Part shown: positions 62,072 to 64,000 of the stretch, in pieces
How the letters are laid out: each line of letters starts with the position of its first letter
Numbering within the stretch: the stretch's first letter is position 1
NCBI GenBank assembly: GCA_038087875.1
Contig: JAXLNO010000110.1
Coordinates: forward strand, 186,001-250,000
DNA: 64,000 nt
Source of the DNA: Malacoraja senta
Taxonomy: Eukaryota
Reading direction: 5' to 3'
Position numbers and translations under genes: made by a program
Notes under the pieces: generated by a model
Seen by the model: only the letters and a program-made list of their open reading frames with translations
Database searches by the model: none
Told to the model about the DNA's origin: nothing

Positions 62072-63710
62072 CAGTGCCCTCCATAATGTTTGGGACAAAG
62101 ATGCATCATTTATTTATTTGCCTCTGTACTCCACAACTTGAGATTTTGTGATTAAAAAAAATCACATGTGGTTAAAGTGCACATTTTATTAAAGGCCATT
62201 TTTATACATTTTGGTTTCACCATGTAGAAATTACAGCTGTATTTATACATAGTCCCCCCATTTCAGGGCACCATAATGTTTGGGGACACGTGGCTTCACA
62301 TTGCTCAGGTGTGTTTAAATGCCTCCAGGTATAAGAGAGCTCTCAGCACCTAATCTTTCCTCCAGTCTTTCCATCACCTTTGGAAACTTTTATTGCTGTT
62401 TATCAACATGAGGACCAAAGTTGTGCCAATGAAAGTCAAAGAAGCCATTATGAGTGAGAAACAAGAATAAAACTGTTAGAGACATCAGCCAAACCTTGGG
62501 CTCACCAAAATCAACTGTTTGGAATATCATTAAGAAGAAAGAGAGCACTGGTGAGCTTACTAATCGCAAAGGGACTGGCAGGCCAAGGAAGACCTCCACA
62601 GCTGATGGCAGAAGAATTTTCTCTACAATAAAGAAAAATCCCCAAATCCGACAGATCAGAAACACTCCTCAGGAGTCAGGTGTGGATTTGTTAATGACCA
62701 TTGTCTGCAGAAGACTTCAAGAACAGAAATACAGAGGCTACACTGCAAGATGCAAACCACTGGTTAGCTGCAAAAATAGGATGGCCAGGTTACAGTTTGC
62801 CAATAAGTACTTAAAAGAGCAACCACAGTTCTGGAAAAGGGTCTTGTGGACAGATGAGACGAAGATTAACATATCAGAGTGATGGCAAAGTATGAAGGAG
62901 AGAAGGAACTGCCCAAGATCCAAAGCATACCACCTCATCTGTGAAACACGATGGTGGGGGTGTTTATGGCCTGGGCATGTATGGCTGCTGAAGGTACTGG
63001 CTCACTTATCTTCATTGATGATACAACTGCTGATGGTAGCAGCATAATGAATTCTGAAGTGTATAGACACATCCTATTTGCTCAAGACCTAACAAATGCC
63101 TCGAAAAACTCATTGGCCGGCGGTTCATTCTACAGCAAGACAATGATCCCAAACATACTGCTGAAGCAACAAAGAAGTTTTTCAACGCTAAAAAATGGTC
63201 AATTCTTGAGTTGGCCAAGTCAATCACCCGATCTGAACCCAATTGAGCATGTCTTTTATATGCTGAAGAGAAAACTGAAGGGGGACTAGCCCCCAAAACA
63301 AGCATAAGCTAAAGATAGCTGCAATACAGGCCTGGCAGAGCATCACCAGAGAAGACACCCAGCAACTGGTGATGTCCATGAATCGCAGACTTCAAGCAGT
63401 CATTGCATGCAAAGGATATGCAACAAAATACTAAACATGACTACTTTCATTTACACGATATTGCTGTGTCCCAAACATTATGGTGCCCTGAAATGGGGGG
63501 ACTATGTATAAACACTGCTGTAATTTCTACATGGTGAAACCAAAATGTATAAAAATGGCTTTTATTAAAATCTGACAATGTGGACTTTAACCACGTGCTT
63601 TTTTTCTATTACAAATCTCAAATAGTGGAGTGCAGAGGCAGATAAATAAATAAATGATGTTTAATAACTAAATAAATAAATCTTTGTCCCAAACATTATG
63701 TAGGGCACTG
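62072..63710 (+). mobile_element. Full-length Tc1 transposon (segmental copy of 51344-52947), pseudogenised
   Basis: Same TIRs and TA flanks, and the same flanking sequence on both sides. Confidence 0.95.
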
Positions 63711-64000
63711 TATTAAATATTAAATACTAACAGAGAAATATGAGGTGTAGTTCCTCCAATTTGCTTTTGGCAGGTTGCATTCATGAAGGGCGTTTGGTAT
63801 ATTTCCCCCTCCCGGCTTGTGGATTGTGGATTAAAATACCAATCTCAAGGTTCCACCCAACAGCTGATGACCCAGTTGTTATATCGCTGGGAACTAAAAC
63901 ATCATTCAGGGCGATTCCTGCCTGCTTCAGGGTGCAGGAGGCAAGGGAGGAGGGGAGGGGTGGAGGGAGAGGAACATGAGCCTCCTTTCACATTATACAG

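Overview
Repeat-dense vertebrate genomic DNA, most likely from an elasmobranch (skate, ray or shark); this is inferred from V-SINE/HE1-type SINEs, CR1 LINEs and Penelope-like repeats. There are two 200-N gaps (20947-21146, 54894-55093). The only host gene I can support is a small S100 calcium-binding protein gene. One copy is on the minus strand (coding exons 16668-16531 and 14152-14016). A second, plus-strand last exon (23050-23188) sits inside a ~9.6 kb inverted duplication. The two last exons differ at 15 of 45 amino acids with almost no synonymous change, while the flanking intron and 3'UTR are nearly identical, which suggests diversifying selection. Each copy carries a single-base indel, either an assembly error or pseudogenisation. 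The rest is a mosaic of segmental duplications and nested transposons: CR1, Rex-Babar, an I/Nimb-like LINE, a Hero-like RLE LINE, Penelope fragments with minimal hammerhead-ribozyme motifs, Tc1, Harbinger MITEs and a Mutator-like foldback element. All alignments and counts were done by eye; transposon boundaries without a visible TSD are approximate.
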